DNA of 64,000 nt from Promethearchaeota archaeon (GTDB taxonomy: Archaea; Asgardarchaeota; Lokiarchaeia; Sigyniarchaeales; SOKP01), in NCBI GenBank assembly GCA_008080735.1, contig SHMW01000007.1, positions 21,315-85,314 of the forward strand, read 5' to 3'. Shown here one piece after another: positions 28,768 through 38,568 of this stretch. Numbering within the stretch: the stretch's first letter is position 1; the number at the start of each line of letters is the position of its first letter. Below the pieces are notes generated by a model that worked only from the letters and a program-made list of their open reading frames with translations, was not told the DNA's origin and did no database searches. The position numbers and the translations under genes are program-made.

Positions 28768-29541
28768 CTATTGATTTACAATATCATTGACTAAAACTTT
28801 AGATATTCTTTTAAGCACTTGTTTTTGAAGTCTCAAATTATGGACTCTAATTCTATCGGAAAATTCAATTTGGATAGTCTGGTTGTGATCTATATTTTGA
28901 ACCCCATATTTTTTGGTGATAAAACCTCCTTTAAGAACATATTCCCTTCGTCGAGGATGACCCGGAGCTATGGGAATGTCAAGTTCTAGTAGATTTTTTA
29001 TTAATCGACCGCGAATATTTTTGTCCCAATCTTTTTTGGGAATCGAATAAGGTATCAAAGATTTTAAATTATTAGTTCCGAATATAACATCAACATCTCG
29101 ATAACCTTTCGGACGCTTTTCAGTTTCGTAACCATGAATATCTAATAGAATTGATCTTCCAAAAGTCTGTATAGAATTGTTGACATAGTCATTTAGTTTG
29201 TTGTGATAAAGATCATAAATTTTTCCCGCCAATTCTGAGGAGCTTAAGAATGCTTTTTCTTTTTTTCTGTTGATATCTATTCGGCTTCTATGAATTTTCG
29301 AGATAACATAATATGGTTTTTTCAGCTCAGAATGTTTTTTTTTAAACGCAAGTTCAATTTCTTTTATTAATTCTTTTCCTAATTGTATTGTGTATTTATC
29401 TATTCCAAGCACTCCATTATTACGCTCAGGTATATCTTTAAGTTTGATTGTACCTCCATGTGGAATAGAAATAATCAATGGAATGGTTCCCTTTTGAAAT
29501 TCAACATAATTAGTAAAATCTGTCATGATCGTCGCAGTCAA
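28768..29541 (-). CDS. N-formylglutamate amidohydrolase-like protein
   Basis: IISIPHGG, RIDINR, LLDIHG, GGFIT, IQIEF. Confidence 0.82.
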   Translation of the reverse strand: MTATIMTDFTNYVEFQKGTIPLIISIPHGGTIKLKDIPERNNGVLGIDKYTIQLGKELIKEIELAFKKKHSELKKPYYVISKIHRSRIDINRKKEKAFLSSSELAGKIYDLYHNKLNDYVNNSIQTFGRSILLDIHGYETEKRPKGYRDVDVIFGTNNLKSLIPYSIPKKDWDKNIRGRLIKNLLELDIPIAPGHPRRREYVLKGGFITKKYGVQNIDHNQTIQIEFSDRIRVHNLRLQKQVLKRISKVLVNDIVNQ

Positions 29542-29580
29542 TAAAGAAGAATTATAAATAAAAAAAGAATTTAACTATAC

Positions 29581-30039
29581 TTACCCAAGAGTAGTATATC
29601 TCCAAATTACAAATACACCCAGCCAGAGAATCACATTTATGATGCCAAAAACGTAGTAAGGCCAAGGAGATTTATGATATCTGAAGAGTAAATGGGCAAA
29701 TACCCAAGAACTGGCCGCTCCAACCGCAACAAATATAATATCCATTACTAAGTTTTGGAGGCTATCCAATCGAAATTCAAATTTGAGTCCTAAATCATAC
29801 AAGATTGTATTTTCAAGAAGCTCCCAAAGTATTCCTATTGCAACTGTTATTATCCAGACTGCCCATAAGGGCAAGTAAACCTGGGAGGTTCCCTCTTCTT
29901 TCGACATTGGAATGGTATATAGTAGAGAAAAGAATAAGAAAATCGCAATTCCCCCACAGAGATGCCCGATTGAAAAAAAATCTATATATGATTGTCCCAC
30001 TTCACCAGGTATTTCTGCGATAAACCAATTTCCGATCAT
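29581..30039 (-). CDS. Membrane protein (D.FS.GH / WE..EN motif)
   Basis: DFFSIGH, LWELLEN, DSLQNLVMD in TM helices. Confidence 0.7.
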   Translation of the reverse strand: MIGNWFIAEIPGEVGQSYIDFFSIGHLCGGIAIFLFFSLLYTIPMSKEEGTSQVYLPLWAVWIITVAIGILWELLENTILYDLGLKFEFRLDSLQNLVMDIIFVAVGAASSWVFAHLLFRYHKSPWPYYVFGIINVILWLGVFVIWRYTTLG

Positions 30040-30180
30040 TTTTTATTTGAAATTATAGATGGTAATTTTAGATTCTAATGTAAAGATTCTCTAATAAATT
30101 TGATTTAATTTCATGGATTGTATTATATATAGTTTTCAAGCATCAAATTCAAAATGATTTATTTAACTGGTTAAAATTAA

Positions 30181-31452
30181 TTGACAAAGAGCAAAATTGG
30201 TTTTGTCGTCTATTATGAAAGAAATTCTCTCTACAGCTTTAATGCTATTGTGGCGGCACTCGAAACCGATGAAAAAACACAAAACGTTGATATATATTAT
30301 GTTAAAAGCTCCGACACCCTCTTGTCAAGTATTAAAATCGCTTTAAATCATAATGGATTTGTGGTGGTTGGATTTTCTATATATTCAACTGAATTTTGGG
30401 AATATAGACAAATATTGAGAAAAATAAAAAGAAAATTCAAAAATCAAGTCTATCTAGTTGCGGGTGGACCTCATCCATCAGGAGATCCGCGCGGTACATT
30501 AAAGTTGGGATTTGATTATGTATTTGTGGGAGAAGCAGAAAAATCAATTATCAGATTCTTTTCCAAACTTCACAATGGAGAAAAACCCAAGAATATTCCT
30601 GGAATCGCTTATATAGATAAAAATGGAAGATATCATTTTGAAAAACACCGAGATCTCATAGATTTAAATGATTATCCTCCATTTCCGCTAAAAAATACAC
30701 AATATGGAGCTATTGAAATAAGCCGAGGATGTCCTTATAAATGTTATTTTTGTCAAGCATCTTATACAATGGGTAGCATGCCAAGATATAGAACGGTAGA
30801 TGAGATTTGCAAATATATTAGAATTTTAGCAAATGAAGATTTAGTGGATATACGATTTATCACTCCAAATGCTTTCTCATATGGCTCTAAAGATGGAAAA
30901 AGCGTAAATCTTGAAAAAATCGAAGAATTGCTTTCACGAGTGAAGCAGATAATCGGAAAAAAGGGACGGATATTTTACGGTTCTTTTCCTTCAGAGGTGA
31001 GACCAGAACATGTGTCGCCAGAAGTTTTAAATCTAATCCTGAAATATGCAGATAATGATAATATCATTATAGGGGGGCAATCGGGAAGTCAGCGAATGTT
31101 AGATATTTGTAATCGTGGACATACTGTAGAAGATATATACAAAGCAGTGAAAATCGTAATAAATTCGGGATTGAATGTGAATGTAGATTTCATTTTTGGT
31201 TTGCCAAAGGAAAATGACCAAGATAGAAAAATGACCCGAGAAGTGATGAAAGATTTAATTGATATTGGTGCGAAAATACATGCTCATACCTTTATTCCAT
31301 TACCTAAAACTCCATTTTCCAATGCTAATCCAAAAAAAATTGATAAACTCACTAAAGAATTCATTAAGAAGAACATGGCTGATATCTATGGAAATTGGAA
31401 AAAACATGAGAAGATCTCATTTCAAATTCAGAAAAAATTAAAATATAGCTAA
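30181..31452 (+). CDS. B12-binding domain radical SAM protein
   Basis: VAGGPHPS, GEAE, RGCPYKCYFC, FPSEVRPE. Confidence 0.9.
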   Translation: MTKSKIGFVVYYERNSLYSFNAIVAALETDEKTQNVDIYYVKSSDTLLSSIKIALNHNGFVVVGFSIYSTEFWEYRQILRKIKRKFKNQVYLVAGGPHPSGDPRGTLKLGFDYVFVGEAEKSIIRFFSKLHNGEKPKNIPGIAYIDKNGRYHFEKHRDLIDLNDYPPFPLKNTQYGAIEISRGCPYKCYFCQASYTMGSMPRYRTVDEICKYIRILANEDLVDIRFITPNAFSYGSKDGKSVNLEKIEELLSRVKQIIGKKGRIFYGSFPSEVRPEHVSPEVLNLILKYADNDNIIIGGQSGSQRMLDICNRGHTVEDIYKAVKIVINSGLNVNVDFIFGLPKENDQDRKMTREVMKDLIDIGAKIHAHTFIPLPKTPFSNANPKKIDKLTKEFIKKNMADIYGNWKKHEKISFQIQKKLKYS

Positions 31453-31478
31453 GATAGAATAAGCTTTACAATTACTAT

Positions 31479-32348
31479 TTACTTGGAAACGATAATTATT
31501 CTATCTTTCATTGTTAAAAACCCCTCTTTTTCTAACTGTGAAACAACCTCATTAATTTTTTTTTTCTCAAAATTTAATTTTTGGTATAGTGCCTCTAAAT
31601 TAATCTCGGATTTTTCCAACACCAATTTTAGAACTTTTCCTCTTAATTGTCTGGTTGAGCCTTTAAATTTTTTTTGTTTACGATAGTGTTTTGAACGTTT
31701 ATTTAATCCGGGATGTGATTTTTTAAGCATAACTCCATAATCCATTAGAGCATAATACCATTTTCGGGGATTCTGAGTATCGGTTGTTTTTTGTAATAAT
31801 TCCATAATTTCTTTATCATCTACATCGTCCCTTCCAGGAAAGAAAAAGTAAATATACACACGACGGATATTTGTTTCGATAAAAAATGTGGGCTTATTAA
31901 ACGCAAACGACACGATGGAAGATGCCGTGTTATGTCCAATTTGGGGAAATGTCTTTAAAATCTTCACTTCTTCCGGAAGTTGTCCATTATATTCATTAAT
32001 TACCATATCAGAGATATTCTTTAGTGCTACAGCCCTTCTGTTATAACCTAATCCTTGCCATTCTTTTAACACATCATCTAACTCTGCGTTTGCTAAAGCA
32101 TTGAAATTTGGGAACTTTTTGATGAAGTCTAAAAATTTTTGAGAAACTCTGCTCGTTTGGGTTTGTTGGAGCATTATTTCTGAAACCAAAACATAATAAG
32201 GTGAGATTTTATCTCTAAACGGAAATTTCCGTCCTTTTTTATGATAATACTCGTATATTATATCTCTAAATTTCTTAATAACTTGATCGGATAACCCTTT
32301 TTGTTTGTACAGATTATGAAATTCTGAGATTAAAATATAGAACACCAC
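31479..32348 (-). CDS. mutY: A/G-specific adenine glycosylase-like (HhH-GPD; no Fe-S cysteines)
   Basis: VSEIMLQQT, WQGLGYNRRA, ETNIRRV. Confidence 0.85.
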   Translation of the reverse strand: MVFYILISEFHNLYKQKGLSDQVIKKFRDIIYEYYHKKGRKFPFRDKISPYYVLVSEIMLQQTQTSRVSQKFLDFIKKFPNFNALANAELDDVLKEWQGLGYNRRAVALKNISDMVINEYNGQLPEEVKILKTFPQIGHNTASSIVSFAFNKPTFFIETNIRRVYIYFFFPGRDDVDDKEIMELLQKTTDTQNPRKWYYALMDYGVMLKKSHPGLNKRSKHYRKQKKFKGSTRQLRGKVLKLVLEKSEINLEALYQKLNFEKKKINEVVSQLEKEGFLTMKDRIIIVSK

Positions 32349-32485
32349 ATTATTTTTTGTTATTAGAAATATGAGTGGAATAATGAAATTTGGTATTATT
32401 TTTTATAACTGGAATAAAAATAAGAAGCGAAGCCAAGGATTAAGTATAAGAATTGAAACTAAAAGAATCCCTAATAGCCTTTAAT

Positions 32486-34396
32486 TCATTCTTTTGTAAT
32501 GTCCATCTTAAATTCAGTCACACCACCCTCAATTCGTCTTACTGTAAGAGGATAATCGGCACTGTCGATAATGTGGAGCATTGCTTTATTTTCTAGTAAA
32601 ATGGTTCCTGTAAAAGCTTTATAGTTTAGTTCTCGAGCGATTTGTACAAGATAATTCAATAAAAATTTTGTTATTCCTAAACCTCGCCAATCTGGATGTA
32701 CGGCAAATGCAATTTCGGCGACAGAAGGTTTATTTGTGCTAAAGAAGCCTCCTTCAGCAATAATTTTTTTCACTTCATTTTTTTCATGGACTCCTACAAG
32801 GATCATACTGGTAGAATAGTCTATGATCACCATAGGAGAAACGGTTTTATGGCGAAATGCCTTTACGGGCGTAAAAAACCGATAATATCTGTCCTTTTCA
32901 TTTAACGAATAGAGTAATTCTTGAATTAGCCGTTCATCTGTCGGCTTGATTGGTCGGATTTTAATAGTTTCTTCGTTAGATAAGTCCAAAGTAGTTTCAT
33001 ATTTTTCGGGATATACACTAATCCGTCCTTCTACTGATTTGGGTAATTTCTGATCTGAATAGATATAATTCCACTCTTTAGCTTTCTGTAATAATTCATC
33101 TCTAAAATCAGGATGGGCAATGTTAATCATCTGTAGAACACGTTCACGAATATTTTTCCCATACAAATAGGCTATACCCCATTCAGTGACGACATAATGG
33201 ACCTCGTGCCGAGGAATAACCACCCCAGAACCGGGTTGGAGATTAGGTACGATCCGAGAGACAATCTCTCCATCTTTAAGTTTTGCTGTAGAAGGTAACA
33301 CCATAATAGGTTTTCCTTCGGGCGCTCTCCCCGCACCGCGTACAAAGTCTGCTTGCCCCCCAATTCCGCTGTAGAATTCATGCCCAATTGAATCTGAGTT
33401 TACTTGGCCTGTGACGTCTACAGAGAGTGCAGCATTGATTGCAACTTGCTTTCTATTTTGACTAATTATGTATGGGTCGTTAACATATTCTACGGGATGG
33501 AACTCAATCATCGGATTATTGTCAACAAAATCATAGAGTCTACGTGAACCCATCACAAACGAACAAATGATTTTTCCTTTGTGTAATGTCTTCTTTTTAC
33601 ATGTAACTATTCCCTCCTCCACAAGGTCCACTACCCCATCAGAAAAAACCTCACTATGAACCCCTAAATCCTTTTTATCCATAAGTGCTTGTGTGACGGC
33701 GTTTGGTATCTGACCGATACCCATTTGGATCGTGGATTCATCTTCAATAAGAGAAGCTACATAGTTAGCAATTTTTTTGGCTATATCGTCGGGTTCATCA
33801 TATGAGAATTCGAGAATATCTCGATCAACAACCACAAACGCGTCAATATCCGCTATATTTATAAAGGAATTTCCTAACGTGCGTGGCATATTTGGATTTA
33901 TTTCCGCAATTACATAGTCCGCAGCTTCCGCAAGAGGTTTAACAATGTCTACATTAATTCCATAACTACAAAAACCATATTGATCCGGAGGAGATACTTG
34001 GATTAATGCTGTATCTAAATGCATTTGACCGCTTAAAAAGAGCTTAGGTATTTCTGATAAAGGCATTGGTGTATAGTCTGCTTGTCCTCGTTGTACTGCT
34101 CCTCTCAAACTCTTCCCGATGAAAAACGCATTATGTCGGAATAAATCTTCGATCCCCCCTGCCTTTTTATAATATTCAAGGTCAGATAAGCTTAAAAAGT
34201 GGATTATTTCAATGTCAGGTAATTCTGGACTTAGTTCGATCAATTTTTTAGTGAGATCCAAAGGCTCTGATAATCCAGAGTCTATGAATATCCGATCTGC
34301 AGGATTAATATAATCTCTAATAGCTTTCTCAAGCGGGACTTGTTTATCTTGATATTTTTTTATATATGAATTACTATCCATTTTCTCAGAAACCAT
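32486..34396 (-). CDS. Acetyl-CoA hydrolase/CoA-transferase fused to C-terminal GNAT domain
   Basis: QMGIGQIP, DLGVHSE, SGIGGQADF, VVTEWG; C-term AEIAFAVHPDWRGLGI. Confidence 0.92.
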   Translation of the reverse strand: MVSEKMDSNSYIKKYQDKQVPLEKAIRDYINPADRIFIDSGLSEPLDLTKKLIELSPELPDIEIIHFLSLSDLEYYKKAGGIEDLFRHNAFFIGKSLRGAVQRGQADYTPMPLSEIPKLFLSGQMHLDTALIQVSPPDQYGFCSYGINVDIVKPLAEAADYVIAEINPNMPRTLGNSFINIADIDAFVVVDRDILEFSYDEPDDIAKKIANYVASLIEDESTIQMGIGQIPNAVTQALMDKKDLGVHSEVFSDGVVDLVEEGIVTCKKKTLHKGKIICSFVMGSRRLYDFVDNNPMIEFHPVEYVNDPYIISQNRKQVAINAALSVDVTGQVNSDSIGHEFYSGIGGQADFVRGAGRAPEGKPIMVLPSTAKLKDGEIVSRIVPNLQPGSGVVIPRHEVHYVVTEWGIAYLYGKNIRERVLQMINIAHPDFRDELLQKAKEWNYIYSDQKLPKSVEGRISVYPEKYETTLDLSNEETIKIRPIKPTDERLIQELLYSLNEKDRYYRFFTPVKAFRHKTVSPMVIIDYSTSMILVGVHEKNEVKKIIAEGGFFSTNKPSVAEIAFAVHPDWRGLGITKFLLNYLVQIARELNYKAFTGTILLENKAMLHIIDSADYPLTVRRIEGGVTEFKMDITKE

Positions 34397-34547
34397 TATT
34401 ATTACTTAATGTATTATAAAAGAAAAATAGCGATTAAACTTTATTTATAGGAAGATTTGGGATTCTTAAAGAAAGGCGTGTATTTCGAATTTAAACCGTG
34501 AAGATATGAAATATCTCAACATTAAAATGAAAAAATGAAAAAAGAAA

Positions 34548-34943
34548 CTATATTTTGTTGAATTTTTTCTTAATCTTTTTTACTCGATTTCTGTTTTTGC
34601 CCCAATCATATCCTCCAATGCGGGATTGTGATCTTAGATGGATTAAGTTATTCTCCTCATCAAAATAGACCTCAACATCATCATCAAATCGGAATAAAAA
34701 TGTGGTGAATTTTGCGCGGAGATAATTTTCTTTATTCTCTAAAATCTCCGTACGGCTCATTGAATTAATAACTTCAAGCATTTTTTCCTTCGCCTCCTCT
34801 ATCGATGTATTTAAGGAGAGCGGTTCAATATAGTGCTTTTCATCGTCTTTTGGTGCTTGAGTTGACACGCATACATGTTTTTCTGGACAAGGGTAAAATT
34901 TTCCATCTTCCACTAGCCCTACTTTTCTCTCTTCAGAAGGCAT
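34548..34943 (-). CDS. DUF1499-like protein
   Basis: CPEKHVCVSTQ, FRFDDDVE, RSQSRIGGYDWGKNRNRV. Confidence 0.85.
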   Translation of the reverse strand: MPSEERKVGLVEDGKFYPCPEKHVCVSTQAPKDDEKHYIEPLSLNTSIEEAKEKMLEVINSMSRTEILENKENYLRAKFTTFLFRFDDDVEVYFDEENNLIHLRSQSRIGGYDWGKNRNRVKKIKKKFNKI

Positions 34944-35119
34944 ACTAATATGTCATCTCTAAATTGGATTGATATTAATTAACTTAGGCAGATATTAAAG
35001 ATTTGAGTCTTTAAAAAATAAACTTTTAATAAATTTTTTCTATTTTATAAAAATTAGGTTTAAGTAAATAGGGGAGATAATTTTAATAATAAGTATTTAA
35101 CAGATGGAAACTGAGTTCA

Positions 35120-35593
35120 ATGAAAGATAAATTTGATATGGTCGGAACTAAAATAGAAGAGTTTTCATTGCCAAATTCACGTGGAGAGAAATTAAATATC
35201 CGAGACCTTCAAGGAAAGAATGTAGTAGTGGTCTTGCTGAGAGATATTAAGTGACCGTATTGTAGATGGCATATCGGGCATCTTCGCAGAGATTATGACA
35301 AATTCCAAGACAAAAATACCGAATTATACCCTATTTTAGTAGACGAGGAAGAAAACGCTCAAAAGATGGAAGAAAAATATGCACGTAATAAATATCCCAT
35401 TTTTTACGATAAGGAAAACCAAGTTGCGGAAATGTTAAACCAAGAGAAAAAGCTATTGAAGTTGGGGAGATTACCCGGATTACTCATACTCGACAAGGAA
35501 AATGTCATACAATATGCATATTATAGCGATTCAATGAAAGATATTCCAGAAAATGAGGAACTTTTTGAAGTTATAAATAATTTGAATGAATAA
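35120..35593 (+). CDS. Peroxiredoxin-like (AhpC/TSA) selenoprotein, UxxC, 157 aa
   Basis: ATG 35120: MKDKFDMVGTKIEEFSLPNSRGEKLNIRDLQGKNVVVVLLRDIK-TGA(35252-35254)-PYCRWHIGHLRRDY..PGLLILDKENVIQYAY; TGA sits at the CxxC first-Cys position. Confidence 0.88.
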
Positions 35594-35763
35594 CCGATTT
35601 GGAGGGAATAAAGAAAAAAATGCTGGTCTTTATTCTTAAAAGTTAGCCACACTTACCAAATTAATCCTTTTTTTTTTAATTTCTTACCATACCTTCCTTT
35701 CCCAATATTATTAGGCGAGCGATTAAATCACTATATTAAAGAAGTAAAAATAGGAGATTAAAG

Positions 35764-36561
35764 ATGCCGATTTTCCACTATAACGATATCAAAATCAATT
35801 ACATCGATAAAGGAGAGGGAGTGCCGTTAGTGTTATTAATGGGATTTGGAACACAGATGCGTGCATGGACTTTCCAAATCACGTATTTTAAAAAACGAGT
35901 GCGGGTAATTAGCTTTGACAATCGTGGAACGGGAAGAAGTTCGCGACCCGATTATCCCTATTCGATGGAGATATTTGTTAAGGACTTGGATTATTTATTA
36001 AAGCACCTAAATGTAAATGAGAAGGTTTTTCTCTGCGGAATATCGATGGGTGGGATGATTGCTCAGCAATTTGCTCTGAAATACCCGAAAAGAGTAAAGG
36101 GATTAATATTAATTGCTACCTCTGCGATAGCTGACCCCAAGGATTTGGTGGAAAGAATGAAAATAATTAGCTCCTTCTCTCCAGAACAACAACTCAAAGC
36201 GAGAACTTCCTTATTATATTCTAGATCATTCCAGAAAAGGATTTTTGAGGATGAACAACTCCTAAGGTTCTTTTTGAATGGTATGGATAAAAATAGGACG
36301 ACACTTCAGGATTATCACAACCAAGCGGCAGCTATTAAGAAGCATGATACAAGAAAAAAGCTAGAAGAGATCCCCCATCCTACTCTCATAATTGTTGGAT
36401 CAGAAGATAGAGTGATACCACCCTCACACTCAAAATATTTAGATAAAAACTTGGAGAATTCTAAACTTATTATTTTTGAAGGATTTTCACATGGATTAAT
36501 TGTCGAAGCAGCTCACAAAGTAAATCGAACCATATGGAAATTTATACAAGACTTTGTTTAG
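35764..36561 (+). CDS. Alpha/beta hydrolase
   Basis: DNRGTGRS, GISMGG, GSEDRVIP, SHG. Confidence 0.92.
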   Translation: MPIFHYNDIKINYIDKGEGVPLVLLMGFGTQMRAWTFQITYFKKRVRVISFDNRGTGRSSRPDYPYSMEIFVKDLDYLLKHLNVNEKVFLCGISMGGMIAQQFALKYPKRVKGLILIATSAIADPKDLVERMKIISSFSPEQQLKARTSLLYSRSFQKRIFEDEQLLRFFLNGMDKNRTTLQDYHNQAAAIKKHDTRKKLEEIPHPTLIIVGSEDRVIPPSHSKYLDKNLENSKLIIFEGFSHGLIVEAAHKVNRTIWKFIQDFV

Positions 36562-36725
36562 TGATTTATTTAAACAAGTATATATATTATATTCATCAAA
36601 TTCTTATTTTTACTTGGGTTAATAAATAATTAAGTTTTTTATTCTAAAATGCAATATAAAAGGTAATGAAATCTTTTTAGAAATTTACTAAACAAAAAAT
36701 CTAAAATAAATTTATGTGATGTCAA

Positions 36726-38435
36726 ATGGGACTAAAATTAGCTTCATTTTTATCCGTAACAGCATTATTTGCTCTGGTCTACGCGGTAGTTTTTGCTATT
36801 ATGTTTTGGTTTCTCGGAACTGCGTGGTGGTCATTACTCTTGATGATAGGTTTTACAGTGATGATTATTTTAATCCAATATGCAATATCGCCGTATCTGA
36901 TACAATGGATATATGATATTGAATGGATAGATTATAATCAATATAAGGCACGTTATCCTCATTTAGCCAATACTCTTGATAAAGTTGTTAATATTAACAA
37001 GATTGATATGCCCAGAATGGGAATCATCCACGATAAGAATCCGAACGCGTTTACGTTCGGGCATACGAAAAATAATGCTCGAGTTGTATTAACGCAAGGT
37101 ATCTTGGAATTCTTAGATGAAGACGAACAAAACGCAGTATTAGCTCACGAACTTGGTCATGTTATCCATTCTGACTTTATTCTGATGACCATTGTATTCG
37201 CTATTCCTATGATCCTCTATACCATTGCCCGATGGGCATATTATGCCAGCTTTTTTAGGAGAGGACGTGGTAGCGACAGTGATGAGGCAGCTGCGGTAGG
37301 TTTAGCGCTCATTGCGATTGCGGCTCTTTCTTATCTGGCATATTATATTGGATCTCTTATAGCCCTGATAGTTAGTAGGATTAGGGAATATTATGCCGAT
37401 GAGCATTCTGCAGAACTCTTGGAAAATCCTAATCATCTTGCTACTGGTCTTGTGAAAATTGCTTATGGTTTAGTAGCGGATCAAGGCATAAGTATAGAGG
37501 AACGTAATAAATCACGAGTTCGTGGTTTGAAAGGGTTAGGTATTTTCGATCCGAGTGATGCGAAACACCTTGCTGTTGAATCTGTGGGAAAGGGTGGAAC
37601 CTATTCGATGGATGCGATCGAAGCAGCCGCAGCATGGGATCTCTATAATCCTTGGGCGAAATATTACCAAATATTCAGTACACATCCTCTACCAGCAAAG
37701 CGAATTCAACGTTTAAATCAACAATGCCAAGATTTCGGAATTCAACCAGAAATCGATCTCTCAAAGTCAAAGAAGATTAAAGAAGAACAAGCGGGAAAAT
37801 CGATGGCCGGGGAATTTTTGACCGATTTATTCTTCAAATATCTTCCTACCATCTTATTCATCCTATTCATCTTCTTCACTATATTTTGGTTATTAGATCT
37901 TGTAGGATTGATAGTTCTACCTTTTGGTTTGGGAGTTTCAGTGAATAATTTTCTTTTGATTGCGGGAGTATGGTTTTATGTGATTGGTTTCGGTTATATC
38001 GCACGGACTCAATTCATGTATAGAAGCGGATTCAAACCGATGAAAGTAGTGGATTTAATGACTAAAGTAAAAGCTTCCCCCGTTCGAAGTATACCCGCAA
38101 TTATAGAAGGGAAGATCATTGGGAAGGGAATTCCGGGCTATTATTTCAGCGATGATATATACTTCCAAGATGAAACAGGCCTATTATATATAGATTATCG
38201 TTTTGGAATAGGTCTAGTAGATTTCTTCTGGTCAATCCGGCGTGTTCCTCAACTTATCGGACAGAATGCCCGTATTAAGGGTTGGTTTAGGAGGGGTCCA
38301 TCTCCGTATTTACAAGTGGACACAATAGAGGCAGGGGGTCGAAGTTTTAGGAACTATAGCAAACATCTGACTTATATCGGAGCAGTGATTTGCTTTATTA
38401 TTGGAGCAGTGCTGTTTTATTTCTGGTTTATCTAA
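36726..38435 (+). CDS. htpX: HtpX/M48 zinc metalloprotease with C-terminal extension
   Basis: PNAFTFG, AHELGH, SRIREYYAD, STHP. Confidence 0.9.
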   Translation: MGLKLASFLSVTALFALVYAVVFAIMFWFLGTAWWSLLLMIGFTVMIILIQYAISPYLIQWIYDIEWIDYNQYKARYPHLANTLDKVVNINKIDMPRMGIIHDKNPNAFTFGHTKNNARVVLTQGILEFLDEDEQNAVLAHELGHVIHSDFILMTIVFAIPMILYTIARWAYYASFFRRGRGSDSDEAAAVGLALIAIAALSYLAYYIGSLIALIVSRIREYYADEHSAELLENPNHLATGLVKIAYGLVADQGISIEERNKSRVRGLKGLGIFDPSDAKHLAVESVGKGGTYSMDAIEAAAAWDLYNPWAKYYQIFSTHPLPAKRIQRLNQQCQDFGIQPEIDLSKSKKIKEEQAGKSMAGEFLTDLFFKYLPTILFILFIFFTIFWLLDLVGLIVLPFGLGVSVNNFLLIAGVWFYVIGFGYIARTQFMYRSGFKPMKVVDLMTKVKASPVRSIPAIIEGKIIGKGIPGYYFSDDIYFQDETGLLYIDYRFGIGLVDFFWSIRRVPQLIGQNARIKGWFRRGPSPYLQVDTIEAGGRSFRNYSKHLTYIGAVICFIIGAVLFYFWFI

Positions 38436-38568
38436 CTACTACATTTTTTTTGTTTTTTTTATTTTATCCTTCTATTTTTTTCTCGCCTCGTTTGATTAGA
38501 AAAGTTTCTTCACACCATATTACCTAATATATAGAAAAATTATTCTTTTTAGACAGACTGATCCAATT

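Noticed and set aside
35604-35637. Hairpin after the Sec peroxiredoxin as a confident SECIS
   Set aside because: The stem is clear, but there is no convincing AUGA/GA core; mentioned only as a candidate.
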